Below, in pieces: positions 30,356-44,435 of a stretch of DNA of 64,000 nucleotides. The stretch lies in NCBI RefSeq assembly GCF_009914755.1, contig NC_060929.1; one strand, 5' to 3'. The notes below the pieces were generated by a model. The model did no database searches and was not told the origin of the DNA. It saw only the letters and a program-made list of their open reading frames with translations. The stretch comes from the human T2T-CHM13v2.0 reference genome, Homo sapiens. How positions within the stretch are numbered: position 1 is the first letter of the stretch; each line of letters starts with the position of its first letter. Made by a program: the position numbers and the translations under genes.

Positions 30356-30549
30356 CAAAGGTTGCCAAACTGGCCTGTGAGTCAAATCCAGCCAGTATTC
30401 TGTTTTCGTATGGCTTTGGAGCTAAGGACAGTTTTTACATTTTTAAGGGGTTGTAAGAAAAAAAGATTTGTGACAGAGACTATATGTCTTCTGTAAAGCC
30501 TGAAATATTTGTTCTCTGTCCCTTTACAAAAGTAGTTTGCTGATCCCCT
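30356..30549 (+). mobile_element. MER58A-like hAT MITE
   Basis: ca..ggttgccaaac ... gtttgctgatcccct termini; 8-bp TSD ctctaga(a/t). Confidence 0.78.
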
Positions 30550-30759
30550 CTCTAGATGATAGTGTAAGGAACGAGCCTGTCTAGATGCTCTTGTCTGTCC
30601 CTGCTCTTTTAGTATTCTGATAGGTTGGCTGTAAAGACGCGCAAAACCAATCTAGTCACCTGTAGTTATTAACTCATTCATCCTCTTTCATTCAACAAAA
30701 CGTGGCTGCTAAATTCTTGATTCATCCACTTCACTTCTCTCTTTCTTACTCTATGTGTA

Positions 30760-31990
30760 ATAACAGCTTTATTGGGATATAATCTACATATGATGGAACA
30801 TACCTAAAGAATACAATGTAATAGCTCTAAGTGTACTCATATAGTTGTGTGCCCATCACCAGAATCAATTTTAGAACATTTTCATTACCCCCAAAATGCT
30901 ATGCCCCTTACCAGTCATACTCATTATACATGCAAACTACTCCCCACCCCCAGAATCCTCCCAGCCCTATGAAACTACTAACCTACTTTCTGCCTCTAAG
31001 GATTTTGCCTATTCTGGACATTTCACATAAATTATACTGTATGTGGTCCTTTGTTACTGGCCTCTTCCCCTTAGTATATTTGGTATACTAACAAATACAC
31101 AGCAAGGTTCATGTCATAGCATGCATCAGTACTTTATTCTTTTTATTGCCAAATCATATTCCATCGTATGGATGTATCACATTTTGTGTATCCATTCATC
31201 AGTTGATTGGCATTTGGGTTGTTTCTACTTTTTGTCTATTGTGAATGATGCTACTGGGCATATTCACATACAGGTTTCCTGTAGACGTAGTTTCTCCTTT
31301 ATTTTGGTTAGAAGAGTAGTATTGCTGGGTCATGGGGTAACCATGTTTAACCCTTTGACAAAATTAAACTCTGTTTTCCAAAGTGGAAATTTTGGAATTT
31401 TATATTGAAATATAAAATTTTCGTTTTATATTTCTAAAAGCAATATGTGAGTCTTCTGGTTTTTCACATCCTTCCAACACTTGTTATTGTTTGTCTATTT
31501 TTCTTTATTTTTATTATTTAACATTTATTTTTGAGACAGCGTTTTACTCTGTCACCCAGGCAGGAATGCAGTGACTTAATTATAGCCCACTGCAGTCTCG
31601 AACTATTGGGCTCAAGCAATCCTCCTGCCTCAGCCTCCTGAGTAGCTGGGACTACAGGCATGCTCCACCATACCAATCTAATTACTAAAAGTTTTCTGTA
31701 GAGACAGGGGTCTCACTATGTTGACCATGGTGGTCTTGAACTCCTGGCCTTAAGCAGTCCTCCCTCCTCAGCCTCACAAAGTGCTGGAATTACAGACGTG
31801 AGCAACCTTGCCCAGCCAAGATGCTTTTTTAACTGGATTGTTTTTCTAGTTATTAAGTTGTAGGAATTCCTTTATCAAATACGTGATTTGCAAATATTTT
31901 CTCTGATTCTATGGGTTATCTTTTCACTTTTTTGATGCACAAAATTTTTTTGTTTTAATGATATTCATTTTCTCTTGTTTTGTTGCTTGT
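30760..31990 (-). mobile_element. L1MB/MC-like 3' region with an inserted antisense AluJ (about 31527-31817)
   Basis: aacagctttattgggatataat..., tatccattcatcagttgattggcatttgggttgtttc; typical old L1 3' UTR. Confidence 0.7.
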
Positions 31991-32422
31991 GCTTTTGGTG
32001 TTGTGCATTTTTTGATATTACTGTTTTGTACTTGTGACTATTGTAGGACTCTTGAGGTAAATATTGGTAATGAGCTAAATACAGTTTGTTAGAATTTACA
32101 AACAATTTGTTCATGCCTTGTCTTGTCTCGACGGCACTTGAAAGTAGTACCAGTTGAGGTGAAGAGCTAGACTGCCAGCCTGGTTCAGAAGCTGCTGCCA
32201 CCTGCTCCTGGAAAAGTACAGGCCCAGCTCCCAGCATCAGGGCCTGGGGCAGAGTGGTTAGTGCTCAATAGATATCTGCTGAATGACTGAGTGGCAGATG
32301 ATGAGTGAGGGGATTTGGAAGTACATGAGAAAGGACCAAGTCTTAAGTTCCAGGATCCTTTCTCCCTGAAGCAAGGGCAGCCTGAACCTGAGACATGCCT
32401 TTCCTCCTTTCTTTCCCATCAG

Positions 32423-32567
32423 AGCGGAAACGCTTGGGCATTGGCCAGTCTCAGGAGATGAACACACTCTTCCGCTTCTGGTCCTTCTTCCTCCGAGATC
32501 ACTTCAACAAAAAGATGTATGAGGAGTTCAAGCAGCTGGCTCTGGAGGACGCCAAAGAAGGCTACAG
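32423..32567 (+). CDS. LARP1: LARP1 exon 16: DM15 ([29 protein letters not shown]...AKEGY)
   Basis: catcag acceptor, cag|gtgagc donor; 145 nt; DM15 repeat. Confidence 0.98.
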
Positions 32568-33150
32568 GTGAGCAGGTTTGGGTGGGGGACTTTGGCTGGT
32601 GCTTAGGGATGATGTGGGATCCCTAGTTGGTCTGCTTCCAGAACTGTAGTTGGAAATTCCTTGCATGTGTATGTTCATTCATATACTTGATGAAAAATTT
32701 GTTTTTAAATGAGCAGTATATTCACATGGTTCAAATTTCAAACATTTTAAAAGGTTGTATAATGAAGAGTTGTCTTATCCCTGTCCCCCACCCATCTGGT
32801 GTCTTTCCCCACAGGCAACCAGTATTAGAATCTTGTGGGTCCTTTATAAAGGACCCTATGTAAGTAAGTAGACATCTGTGTAGTCTTCCATGCCACTACC
32901 ACTCCTTTTGTTTACGCAAAAGCTGGCCTACGTTATAATATTTTTTGCACCTTGCATTTGTTTTTGTTTAATACTATATTTTGGAGATCATTCTATATCT
33001 GTACATAATTAACTTTGTTGTTCTTTTTTTATGGGCTGTAACATGGTCTTATATGGATGTACCATGATTTATTTAGTCCATCTCCTATTAGTGGATACTT
33101 AGGTTGTTTCCAATATTTTGCTATTAAAAAAACCTTGAGTCCTTTTTTCC

Positions 33151-33295
33151 TGGCTGGGTGGCTCACGCCTATAATCCCAGCGCTTCGGGAGGTCAAGGCA
33201 GAAGGATCACTTGAGCCCAGGAGTTCGAGACCAGCCTGGGCTCAAGCGATCGTTCTGCCATAGTAAGACCCTGTTTCTATTAAAAAAAAAAAAAA
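33151..33295 (+). mobile_element. FLAM/Alu monomer containing a templated inverted insertion
   Basis: Left-monomer consensus plus A-tail; see findings. Confidence 0.88.
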
Positions 33296-33588
33296 GACCT
33301 CCCCACACCCCCACCCCCTCCCCAATTTTCAATGTAAAATGTGCTCTCTGTAAACTACATGAAAAAAGACAAGTTTGGAAAAGCTGATGAAAACATCCAT
33401 CATTCCAGAGACAGCAAGTGTTCTTCTGCCATCAAGCTTCCTAGTTTCTTCTTGGCATATTTAATGTATTTAGCTCATCCTATGAAGTTTGTGCTCTTCC
33501 AGACTTTGTATGCATGTGTAGTTGTAAAATTTACATACTTGTTTACAAAAATGGACTCATGGGCTCATTCTACGTCTAACATGTTTGA

Positions 33589-34750
<1,162 letters not shown>

Positions 34751-34837
34751 GCATGTGTTCCTTGAAGTGAAATTTCTGAGTCAGATAAATGAACAAACCT
34801 ACTAATTGGCATGGTCAAATGGCTTTGCAGAGTTATA

Positions 34838-35025
34838 CCAGGGATTGGCCAACTTTTTCTAGAAAGAGTCAGTAAATACTTTAGGCTTTGTTGGCCATAA
34901 GGTGTTTGTCGTAATTACTCAACTCCGTTCACTCTGTTATTGTAGCAGAAAGCAACCATAGATACTTCATAAAAGAATAGGAGTAAACAAATGTCTGTGG
35001 CAGGGGGACAGAGTTCCTTGACTGC
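34838..35025. mobile_element. MER58-family hAT MITE relic
   Basis: cagggattggccaactttttct..gtaaatactttaggctttg..actcaactc..gcagaaagcaaccataga. Confidence 0.6.
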
Positions 35026-35210
35026 AGGAAATCTCTGAACATTTTATGCTGGACCCACTTAGACTAGCATTCTAAAAGCGTGTATGCTGTTTTTTCAATA
35101 CAGAAATAACATGTAGTTTAAACTGTTTCATAGTTCCTCTGTTATGCAGGCACATTTCCCGTTTTACAGATGAAGAAACTGCCCTGATTTCACTGACTTG
35201 TGTTCTACAG

Positions 35211-35320
35211 ATATGGTTTGGAGTGCCTTTTTCGATACTACAGTTATGGCCTGGAAAAGAAGTTCCGGCTGGACATATTCAAGGATTTTCAGGAGGAAAC
35301 GGTGAAGGACTATGAAGCTG
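35211..35320 (+). CDS. LARP1: LARP1 exon 17: DM15 ([19 protein letters not shown]...DYEA)
   Basis: ctacag acceptor, ctg|gtaaga donor; 110 nt. Confidence 0.98.
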
Positions 35321-35476
35321 GTAAGAGCCAGAGTTGGATCTGAGTGAGGCCTGGTCATGTAGGCCTCCTCTTCCCCAGTTGGACCTGGGTCTTTCTGTGT
35401 ATTACACAACACCTCCCTCTCTCCTCTGAGCTTCTTTATCCTCACCAGCTCAGCTTTTCTGTACCTCTCCCTACAG

Positions 35477-35604
35477 GCCAACTGTATGGGCTGGAGAAGT
35501 TCTGGGCCTTCTTGAAATATTCCAAAGCCAAAAATTTGGACATTGACCCCAAACTGCAAGAATACCTCGGCAAATTCCGACGTCTTGAAGACTTCCGAGT
35601 AGAT
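35477..35604 (+). CDS. LARP1: LARP1 exon 18: DM15 (QLYGLEKFWAFLKYSK...FRRLEDFRVD)
   Basis: ctacag acceptor, gat|gtaagt donor; 128 nt. Confidence 0.98.
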
Positions 35605-36268
35605 GTAAGTGAAACTCTTTCTCTAACTCTGCTTGTCCTGGAAAGAAAACTGGACCAGGAATCAGGATACTTGGATTCTGGTCCAGCTGTGCCCCTAGCC
35701 CAGGAACCCCTCTCCCTGCTCCCCACAATTTGGGCTTTGCTTTTTCACCTTTAAAATGGAGAGTGAGTGGCCAATGAAGGCTAGTTGGAGATAGTTGTAT
35801 GGTTGCTCCTGCTTACCCTTTCTGTGGTACCATCATAATGCTCTTTCTCTCCTATCTCACCATCCTCCTTGCTACTGTGCCCAAGTTAGCCACTACTAGT
35901 TGATCAGGATGGGTATCCAAGATACACACATTTGTTCTTTCTGGAAAAAGCCAATTCCAACCCCAGTTTATAAATTAATGCCCAGGTCTCTTATGTTCTT
36001 GGAGCAGCGCCTCAACGGTGACATCCAGTGGCAGGGCTGGGTTATTACTGCTGGGTATATCAAGGGAAGTTGGAGTGATTTAATTGATTCAGCAGATACT
36101 GATTGGATGTCTCTGTGCTCGGTGCTTTAGAGATAAGGGAAAGAGGCTCAGTTTTTCCTTCTGAGAGTTTATAATGTAGTAGAGATGTCTCTTTGTCTTA
36201 TTCCCTTCAAACCTTTTAGCAAAAAGGCAAATGCAAGTAAATGACAATTAGACTAGCCCTTAACATTT

Positions 36269-36959
<691 letters not shown>

Positions 36960-37849
36960 CATTTATTATTTTAAAACTGCCATTTATTAAGTGTTTATTA
37001 TGTGCCAGGTACTTTACATTGACCTTATTTAACCCTTATGTGGTGACGCAGACAGGACTTATTAGGTTAACTGAGGTTCGTGGCCATCCAGTGACATAAT
37101 GGCAGAGCCACTCAGGTCTCTCAATATAAACACAAATCTGTTTTCTTTTATTCTTAAGCATTTCCACCCTTGAGGAGGAGAAGGGAGGGGAGCAGGGTAC
37201 AAGTCACAGAGAACCTTTGTGATAAGTAGACCTATTAGGGTGGAACAAGGACTCAGTTTTGGTTCCCAAAATGGGAAGGAAACGTCTGTCTTCGGGGTTA
37301 TAAGACCTTTGTTAGTGGTAAGGCCAGTCTGGAGCATGGTCTGAGTCTTAGTTCAGGATCCTCTGGACCTTGAAGAGAATGAGGTGATCCCCAGAAGGAT
37401 CTGGGCCTTCTGAGCTGAGACGTCGCAGCATACTGCATGCCACATTCCACATTTCTGAGCAAGAGATCCCTTCTTGGAAGGGAAGCAGAAATGAGGTTGG
37501 ATAAAAGCCTGGCCTTTTGGGGCAGGTAGACCTAAATTTTGTCTTTATCGGTTACCAGCTATGAGACCCTGGGGAAGTTACTTTTTTGTGCTTCAGTTTC
37601 CTCATCTATAAAATCAGATGTCCATGGGTCCACATCAAAGGGTGATGCTGACCCCATGAGAGAGTGTGCATAAAACAGCACAAGGCTTGGCATGAAGAAA
37701 CGCTTAATAACTTATAATTTATTTTTAAGGTTAAACCCATTCATTTTCTATATTTGGAGGTAGAAAGTAGGAAGTGTCTAGACGGGCCTGGCAAGGAAGA
37801 GGGCGTAGATAGTGCTTCTGATCACCTGTGACTCCTTCCTCTGTTGCAG

Positions 37850-38059
37850 CCCCCCATGGGTGAGGAGGGCAACCACAAGCGACACTCAGTGGTAGCAGGA
37901 GGTGGCGGCGGTGAGGGCAGGAAGCGGTGCCCCTCCCAGTCTTCCAGCAGGCCTGCTGCCATGATCAGCCAACCCCCTACACCACCCACCGGCCAGCCTG
38001 TCCGGGAAGATGCCAAATGGACAAGCCAGCACTCGAACACACAGACTTTGGGAAAGTGA
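37850..38059 (+). CDS. LARP1: LARP1 last exon, coding part: PPMGEEGNHKRH...NTQTLGK*
   Basis: ttgcag acceptor; TGA at 38057-38059. In-window coding exons sum to 2855 nt, which with 1 upstream nt gives 951 aa plus stop. Confidence 0.96.
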   Translation, partial: PPMGEEGNHKRHSVVAGGGGGEGRKRCPSQSSSRPAAMISQPPTPPTGQPVREDAKWTSQHSNTQTLGK

Positions 38060-41000
38060 AAAGCTCCTTAGCCCTGGGGCTTGAGGGGGGAAAGGGGTAG
38101 GGTGGGTAAGAGTCCATGGGGGTGCCCAGTCCCAGGAGAGGGGACAATGAAGGGACAGGCCTGGAGTTACTAGGACAGGCCTTTGTGCTGAGTAGCAATG
38201 TATACACCATTTGGGCTATCAGAGGTACCCCTGGGCAGGAGCCTCTACATCCCCTTCCCCCTCCTCTCTCCATGACTCTTGACATCCTAGCTTCTTCTAA
38301 GGGGGGAGGGAAAGGGGGGAGATTTTTATATATATATACATATATATATATCAAGTTTTAAATTATTGATAGTTCATCTGGATTACCAAAATCACTCTGC
38401 AGCCCTGCCCGAGGCTAGTAGGCTGCAACCCTGGTCCCCACCCCTAACCTCCTGCTCCCCCTCAAGCCAACTATGCAGCCCACAAGAAGGCCCTGCGGGC
38501 CCCCCCATTGCCCAGCACTGTCTCATAGAAGGCTCTGGTGGTACCTCTGGGCCCCAGGAGCATCAGCCCCTTGATCATCTGGGGTTTGTCATCACCATAT
38601 TTTCTCCCTGCTGTTCCCACCATGCCCTTCTGCCATCTTCTGGGAGAAGGAAACCAAAGGATCTAAAACTGGGGTTTGGGGGAAGGTTTCAGCCTCTCCC
38701 CACTCCCCTTGCCCCACACCCTTTACTCCCCAGCCCAGAGAGACGCTGCTTTTACCAGGAAAGACTATTGAAAGATGTTTTATTTTATTTTTCTCTGACC
38801 TTTCCATCCTTGAAAAAATGGGGAAAAAAGAAGAAAAAAGACAAAATCGACCATAAAAGACCAAAAAAAAAAAAAAAATCAGAAAACCCCCACCTAATCC
38901 ACAGAAAGTAATGTCTTTCCCCTCCCCTTGGAATTTTTGTTTTGTTTTTGGAAATAATATTTTTTTAAAAGTTGCCTTATTGTGGAGCGGGAATCTGAAA
39001 TACCCAAATGCCTGTTTTCCTCGGTGGAGTCAACCCGAAGAGCTCCCACCTTCTCTGGATGTGCCTGGGCTTGGACTGGCTAGAATCTTTCTCTGGACTG
39101 TTGCATGTACAGTGCCTCCATCCTGGAGGCAAGAGAGTTGGGAGTGGCTCGAATCAGAGCCGTGCCCAAGATATCCCTGCTGTTGCATCGTTTGAAGCTG
39201 ACGTCCTGTGTCTGTACACTGCTGCCACTGTTGTGTCCTCGCTCTGCTTGCTGTTGCCTCACGCCAGGCCCCGTCCTGCCGTGACACCCTTCATCCTACC
39301 CTTGGAACCCCAAGGCCAAGTTGGTTCAAACTGTTGGAGAACAGAGTTGGCCTGCATCTGGAACACACTTGTCCTCAGCTTACCATCTCCTCACACCCCA
39401 GAGTGGAAAGGTGAACACCTGCAGCTGAGGCTTGGAAACGTTTCTTGTGTTGCCCTGAAAAATCTTTGAGACCTCAGGGAGGCTCTGTCTCTCTTAAAAG
39501 GTGGAGAAAGATGCCATTCTCTCCCTAAGGTCTGGTGGAGTCTCCCCATCTTGCATACCCTTCTGCAAGCCATCTATCTCTGCTCACTCTCCAATTGACC
39601 CGCCTGGGAACAAGGGATGAGGAGGAGTTGGGGGCTGGGGGGAATCCTGCCAGTTGGTGAAGCCCTGTGGCAGGAAGGTATATGTGGACATAGAGTATAC
39701 CTGATTCTCTTTCTTCAGCCACTGACTGCTTGGGTTGGGCTGTGAATGATAATGGAATGGCTGGAGTCTGCTGTTGTCAGAAGGCAGGGAGGGTGATGAA
39801 GGACTGACCCACATGGACTGGGATGTGTGTCGGTTATGGGCATGACTGCACGTTCACTCTCAGTGGGATCTGGGCAACATGGAGTTCATTGTCCTGTTGC
39901 TTACTTACTGCAATGTCTTTGGCCCTCCTTTTCAACTGGTTCCTCTGTTGGGCCCAAAGGTTGGGAGTAGGAGACAGTATCCCAGGCTGACAAGGGCTTG
40001 CCCTTTACCTTGGGCACCTTGTTAATTTTTAGCCTGTGCCCTTCCCCACCTTTGCCCTCCCAGTGGTTGGTATGTGGGAAGCCCATCTCAGTTCCTGTGA
40101 CTTCATGTCTCAAACCAAGGATGAGCGTCTGGTCTCTGCTATGATGGTGGTATCCGAGGCCTTTCCCTGCCCAGTCTGGTGCCTGCCCCACATTGTACCG
40201 GACACTGGATTCCTGGACCCCCTTCTCCTTTCCTTTCTTTCCTTCAGGTCACGCAGCCCTGTACTGTATCCAGCACCACAGAAACCTCAGTGTTTTTCCT
40301 CTGCTGGTTTGGGGCACAAGGAAGCCTTAGGGTATGGGGAAAGGCTGTTATTACCTAGAGTTTACTCCCAGGCCAGGGGGCTGCCATCTTCTTCACAGAC
40401 ATCCCTGAAAGGAAGCCCCTTTGGGGCAGGGAGGTGAGGACTTCATCTCAACATCGGCTGGTGGTTGGTAGGGGAGCTTTTTCTTTTCTTTCCTTTTTTT
40501 TTGTTTTTGTTTTTGTTTTTGTTTTTGGTAACATGTTAGGAGTTAATGTTGCAAAGAGTAGTTTACATCTTCACTTTCTGAAGACACTTGAATTTAGGAC
40601 CGATGTATCTGTGACAAGCATGCCAGAAGTGGCAGGGGCCATCAGGGCTAACCACTTCACACCTACCATCGTCCCATGGGGATCCAAGACCTGAGATAAA
40701 GCAACAGCCTGCCCAGATCCCTCTGTTCATCCTATCCCTTCCAAGGTTGGTCCATGCCAACATAACCTCTGGGCATCAGACATCAGCAGGTCTGTGTGCC
40801 TCAGCCCTGTTAAGGGGCAGGTTTCTCTTTAGCCCTCTTCCTGCACTTGGGAGCAAAGGCACTACCAGTAGAGAAGGGCCATCCAGCCGTGCCCCAGCCT
40901 GGACCCCTGGGGCTCAGATAGAGGTGCTGAGCCCCTGTGTCAAAGTTGTTAAATGTTTTTGTTTTGTTCCATTGTAGCTCTTTTTTTTTTTTTTTCCCCT

Positions 41001-41570
41001 TTCCTGGTGATTGATTTTACAAAAGAAAGTAAGCTGCTTAGAAGGCCCTGGAAGGGAAGTGAGGAGGAGGGACAAGGAAGATGACTAGTTACGGAGGGTG
41101 AGGGTTGTTTTTTGCCAAAAAGCCTGGGTAGAGTGATCTGAATTATCTGGCACCCTCCTGAATGGAACCCCAGAGTACCTCCTGTGTGGAAGGGTCCCTG
41201 GATTTTCCCTAACACCCACCCTCTCCCCCTTCAGCCATGCTGATGGCAGAGAAGATAAGAACTTGGAGCCCATTTCTCACTGGAGAGGAAAACTTGTCAT
41301 CTGGCTTTGCGGAGAAGGTTCCACCTTACGCTCGTAGTACATTATCTTTACTATGTGCTAGGATATCATATTTAAAAGGACAAAAAAATGTAAAATACTT
41401 GAATGAGCTTGTATTATAACATTAATATTATTGAGAGTATCTGCTTTCCAGGCTGAAGTGATTCATTCATTATTCTAGTCCTGCTTTAGTCCTTTGTAAT
41501 TTGTGGTAATTATGCTTTTCTTTTTAATACAAAAAAATGTATAAAAATAAACACTTGAAAAGGCAAAATA
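38060..41570 (+). other. LARP1: LARP1 3' UTR (~3.5 kb, free of recognisable interspersed repeats)
   Basis: Follows the stop codon; no Alu; ends in an AU-rich block with AATAAA; cleavage position approximate. Confidence 0.85.
41546..41551 (+). terminator. LARP1 polyadenylation signal AATAAA
   Basis: AATAAA with upstream TGTA (41538-41541) in an AU-rich context. Confidence 0.85.
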
Positions 41571-42455
41571 CTGGCTGGTCTTCCATCTAGGTTACTGCTA
41601 TTGGGTGTGAAGGATGGGTTTCTGGTAGAGTTCCCCCAGATCCGGAGGAACCCTGCACTCAATGTGCACATGAAACCTCGGCAGGGGTTCTGCCATTGGG
41701 CTTCGAGGAGTCTGCCTAAGGCAGGGGCTTCTACAAGCCTTGAGTTCATGTCCACCCTGTGTCTTAAGTGAGACGTGACAGTCATAGCCAGTGCCACAAA
41801 ACAGCAGTCCAGCATAATGCCAGGATTTCAGCGCACTTGTCAGCTTCCAGGTTTTCCATCCCCTGGCTGTGGCCTGCATTGTGTTATGAGACAGCCAAGA
41901 AGAAAAACGATGAGGCTTCTTATGGAGGGTTGCCACAACCCCTCTATGAACAGACTTTTCCACAGGGGGGTGAAGGAGGAATGATCCAGCACCATGTGGA
42001 CTTACGGAATCCTGGTCAGCCCCGAACCCTGAGATGTGATGCTGGGGAGGGATGGAACAAAGAGTCCCCCATTCCCCGTATAAATTACAAAACTAAAAAT
42101 GGGGCATGGCCTTATTTACGTGTTCATCTGACAACTGTCTCCCATACCTGGCTTGGGTAAATGGTTTTTCCAGAGAGTGCTTTTTCACTGTTCTTGAGGT
42201 TGGCAGGTACTTCAGTACCACCAGTGACCTCCACAGGCCAAAGGAAAGTTTAGGAGATAGTGTCCAGGGCTGATGCAGACGGATTGGTACTTTGAAAACA
42301 GAAAGATGAATTAATTGAAACTTACTTTCACAAATTATCGTTAGGAATGCTCACAGCAGCTTAATTTCACAGCCTGAGCTTCCAAATGCTATGTCTGAAG
42401 TATTAGAAGTCTTGTAGTAGACACCTCCCTTCAAAAAAAAATTATCCACTGGAAT

Positions 42456-44278
42456 TCATGAAGACCAGTTTATTTTACATGCTTGCTTTCACATTCTTTA
42501 CTGGGAATTTAAGGCCTTTTTTCAGCCTTAACTTGTATACCAACCTCAAGGATTTTGTTTGATACAGAAAAGGATAGGGCTGGGCCCTTCTGCCAAGGAC
42601 TGATAACCTGCCTGCCAAAAGGAAGAGGGAATGAAAGCCTTTTGTCCTTCTAGGCCCCTTACAGTACCTCAAAATCTAAAGGCCTTAAAGGGGAAAAAAA
42701 CCGTATCTGTTCTTTCTCCTTATCTCCTACCCTTCTCTTTAAGCATATTGAAGATGGACTTTTTTCCAAATGTTTATTTGTAGGAAGAGGTGATGAGTGC
42801 AGGCCAGCAGCTGAGAACTTACAGCTTTGATGCACCAGGAACTGTATTCAAGCTGAGGGCAAAAGCCTCCTAGGGAGGGAGCCAGGTCCACCAAGGCCAG
42901 AGACAGACAGGCGAGACTGTGGAAGGCCAGGGAGATGCTGCCTGGTAAGTGCTCAGCTGGCCTACTGGGCAAGTCCTCTGGGGTTCTAGAGCTGATAGGA
43001 AGAAGGAGTCCATTTTGATAGTCCTGCCTGGAGACTTGGACCTAGCTGATACTAAGGTATTTTATAAAGCTACAGTGGATGTTTTTCTTAAGAGAACTGA
43101 AAGTTGGAAAAGGCACAAGTATATATAAGAATTTAGTAAAATGATAATGGTGGTCTTTCAAATCAAAGAGTGATCTTTAAATTGTTCTTGGGAACCACAG
43201 GGTTCCTGGCCATGTCTGGCGGCTGAGAGGAGGCCAGGATGGGGACTTCAACCCAAGCAGCTGTGGTTTTGCCTTTGATAAGGTTCCTGGTAAAAATCAT
43301 CTTGAATAAATGTTGCTGAGAAACTGGTAAAGCATTCGGGGGAGAAAGGATTTTGCTCTTTGCTCTGCCATGTTTTTCCGGGCTCTTTCTTCGGGGAGAA
43401 AGAGGGCTCTAACCTTTGGTCCTCATTCAGATAGGCTAATTAGGGGTCTCGGGTGTCCCCAAAGGGCAGCAACTTTGACCCCTCCCCTTGTGGGTAAAAG
43501 GGCTTTTCACAGTTTCCCAGCAGTTGGTTTTTGGTTTCCACATAAGGCTAAAGGTGTTAAAGTTTGGTCTGCACCTCGTTGGTTTTAATCCAGGGAGGAG
43601 CTCCTGGATTTCTTTTTCTCCCCCACAGAGGGAAACCTTTTGTTTGCGGTGGGCCAGAGTTAAAACGGGGCCTTTACCACTCACTCAGAGTGTTTGGTGT
43701 GTGTATGTTTGTGTGTGTGTTGGGTGAAGTGGCGACTGGCATCTGGTATGTCATGAATTGAGACCTATAATGATTTGCCAGGGTGTCTTGGCTCTGGCCT
43801 GAGTCGGGTATGTGAAAGCCTTTTGGGGCAGGAAGGGGCAAAGTGATACCTGGCCGTCCCACCCTCTGGTCCCAGAAGGAGCTCTCGCTGGAGCCAGGCA
43901 GCCTCCAGTCCCCCTCCTTTCAGCCTTGTCATTCTCTGCATCCTGCCCAGGCCACAAAGGAGTTATCTGGGGCTGAACCCCTCTCCTTCCACAGCAGAGG
44001 ACCAGGGGTCTCCTCCCTCTGACCAGCCTCCAGTCTGGGGAGCTGTGTTTTCCTTTTTCTTAAGCTAACTCCTGATCCCATTGAGGGACATCAAGGGCAG
44101 TAGTTTGAAGAAAGCCTCATCCTTGGCCCTGCTTTTCCGGGAAGCCGACCTTCCCTCTACCCTGGTGGTGCCATCATTAGGGCGTGTGGCCGAAGGAGGC
44201 AAATTGTTAGGTGCAATCAGGAAGCCGTGTCTGCATCCCATGGCTGAGGGACAGCCAGGATGACACTTAGGCTGTCTC
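42456..44278 (-). other. FAXDC2: FAXDC2 3' UTR (~1.8 kb)
   Basis: Lies between the stop (44279-44281) and the minus-strand AATAAA; end approximate. Confidence 0.75.
42469..42474 (-). terminator. FAXDC2 polyadenylation signal (AATAAA on - strand); a second hexamer at 42773-42778
   Basis: tttatt on the + strand; U-rich sequence downstream on the - strand (A-run at 42433-42441 on +). Confidence 0.75.
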
Positions 44279-44435
44279 TCACTCCATCCTCTTTGGGGAG
44301 TCTGGGATGCTCTCAGAGAGCGGGGTGAAGCCCAGCAGGAGGACATGTCTCTCGTAGGCCTTGGTCTGCTTGAACATGGTGTCAGTCCCATGGAGGTGGT
44401 CCAGCACACCCAGCACCCCATAGCACTGGTTGAAC
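44279..44435 (-). CDS. FAXDC2: FAXDC2 last coding exon: (K)FNQCYGVLGVLDHLHGTD...DSPKRME*
   Basis: Minus-strand tctag acceptor; 157 nt to TGA; N.G....D.L.GT motif of the fatty acid hydroxylase family. Confidence 0.96.

Noticed and set aside
38366-39469. 181-aa and 153-aa ORFs in the LARP1 3' UTR
   Set aside because: They run through low-complexity A and C tracts, show no homology I can recognise, and lie downstream of the true stop
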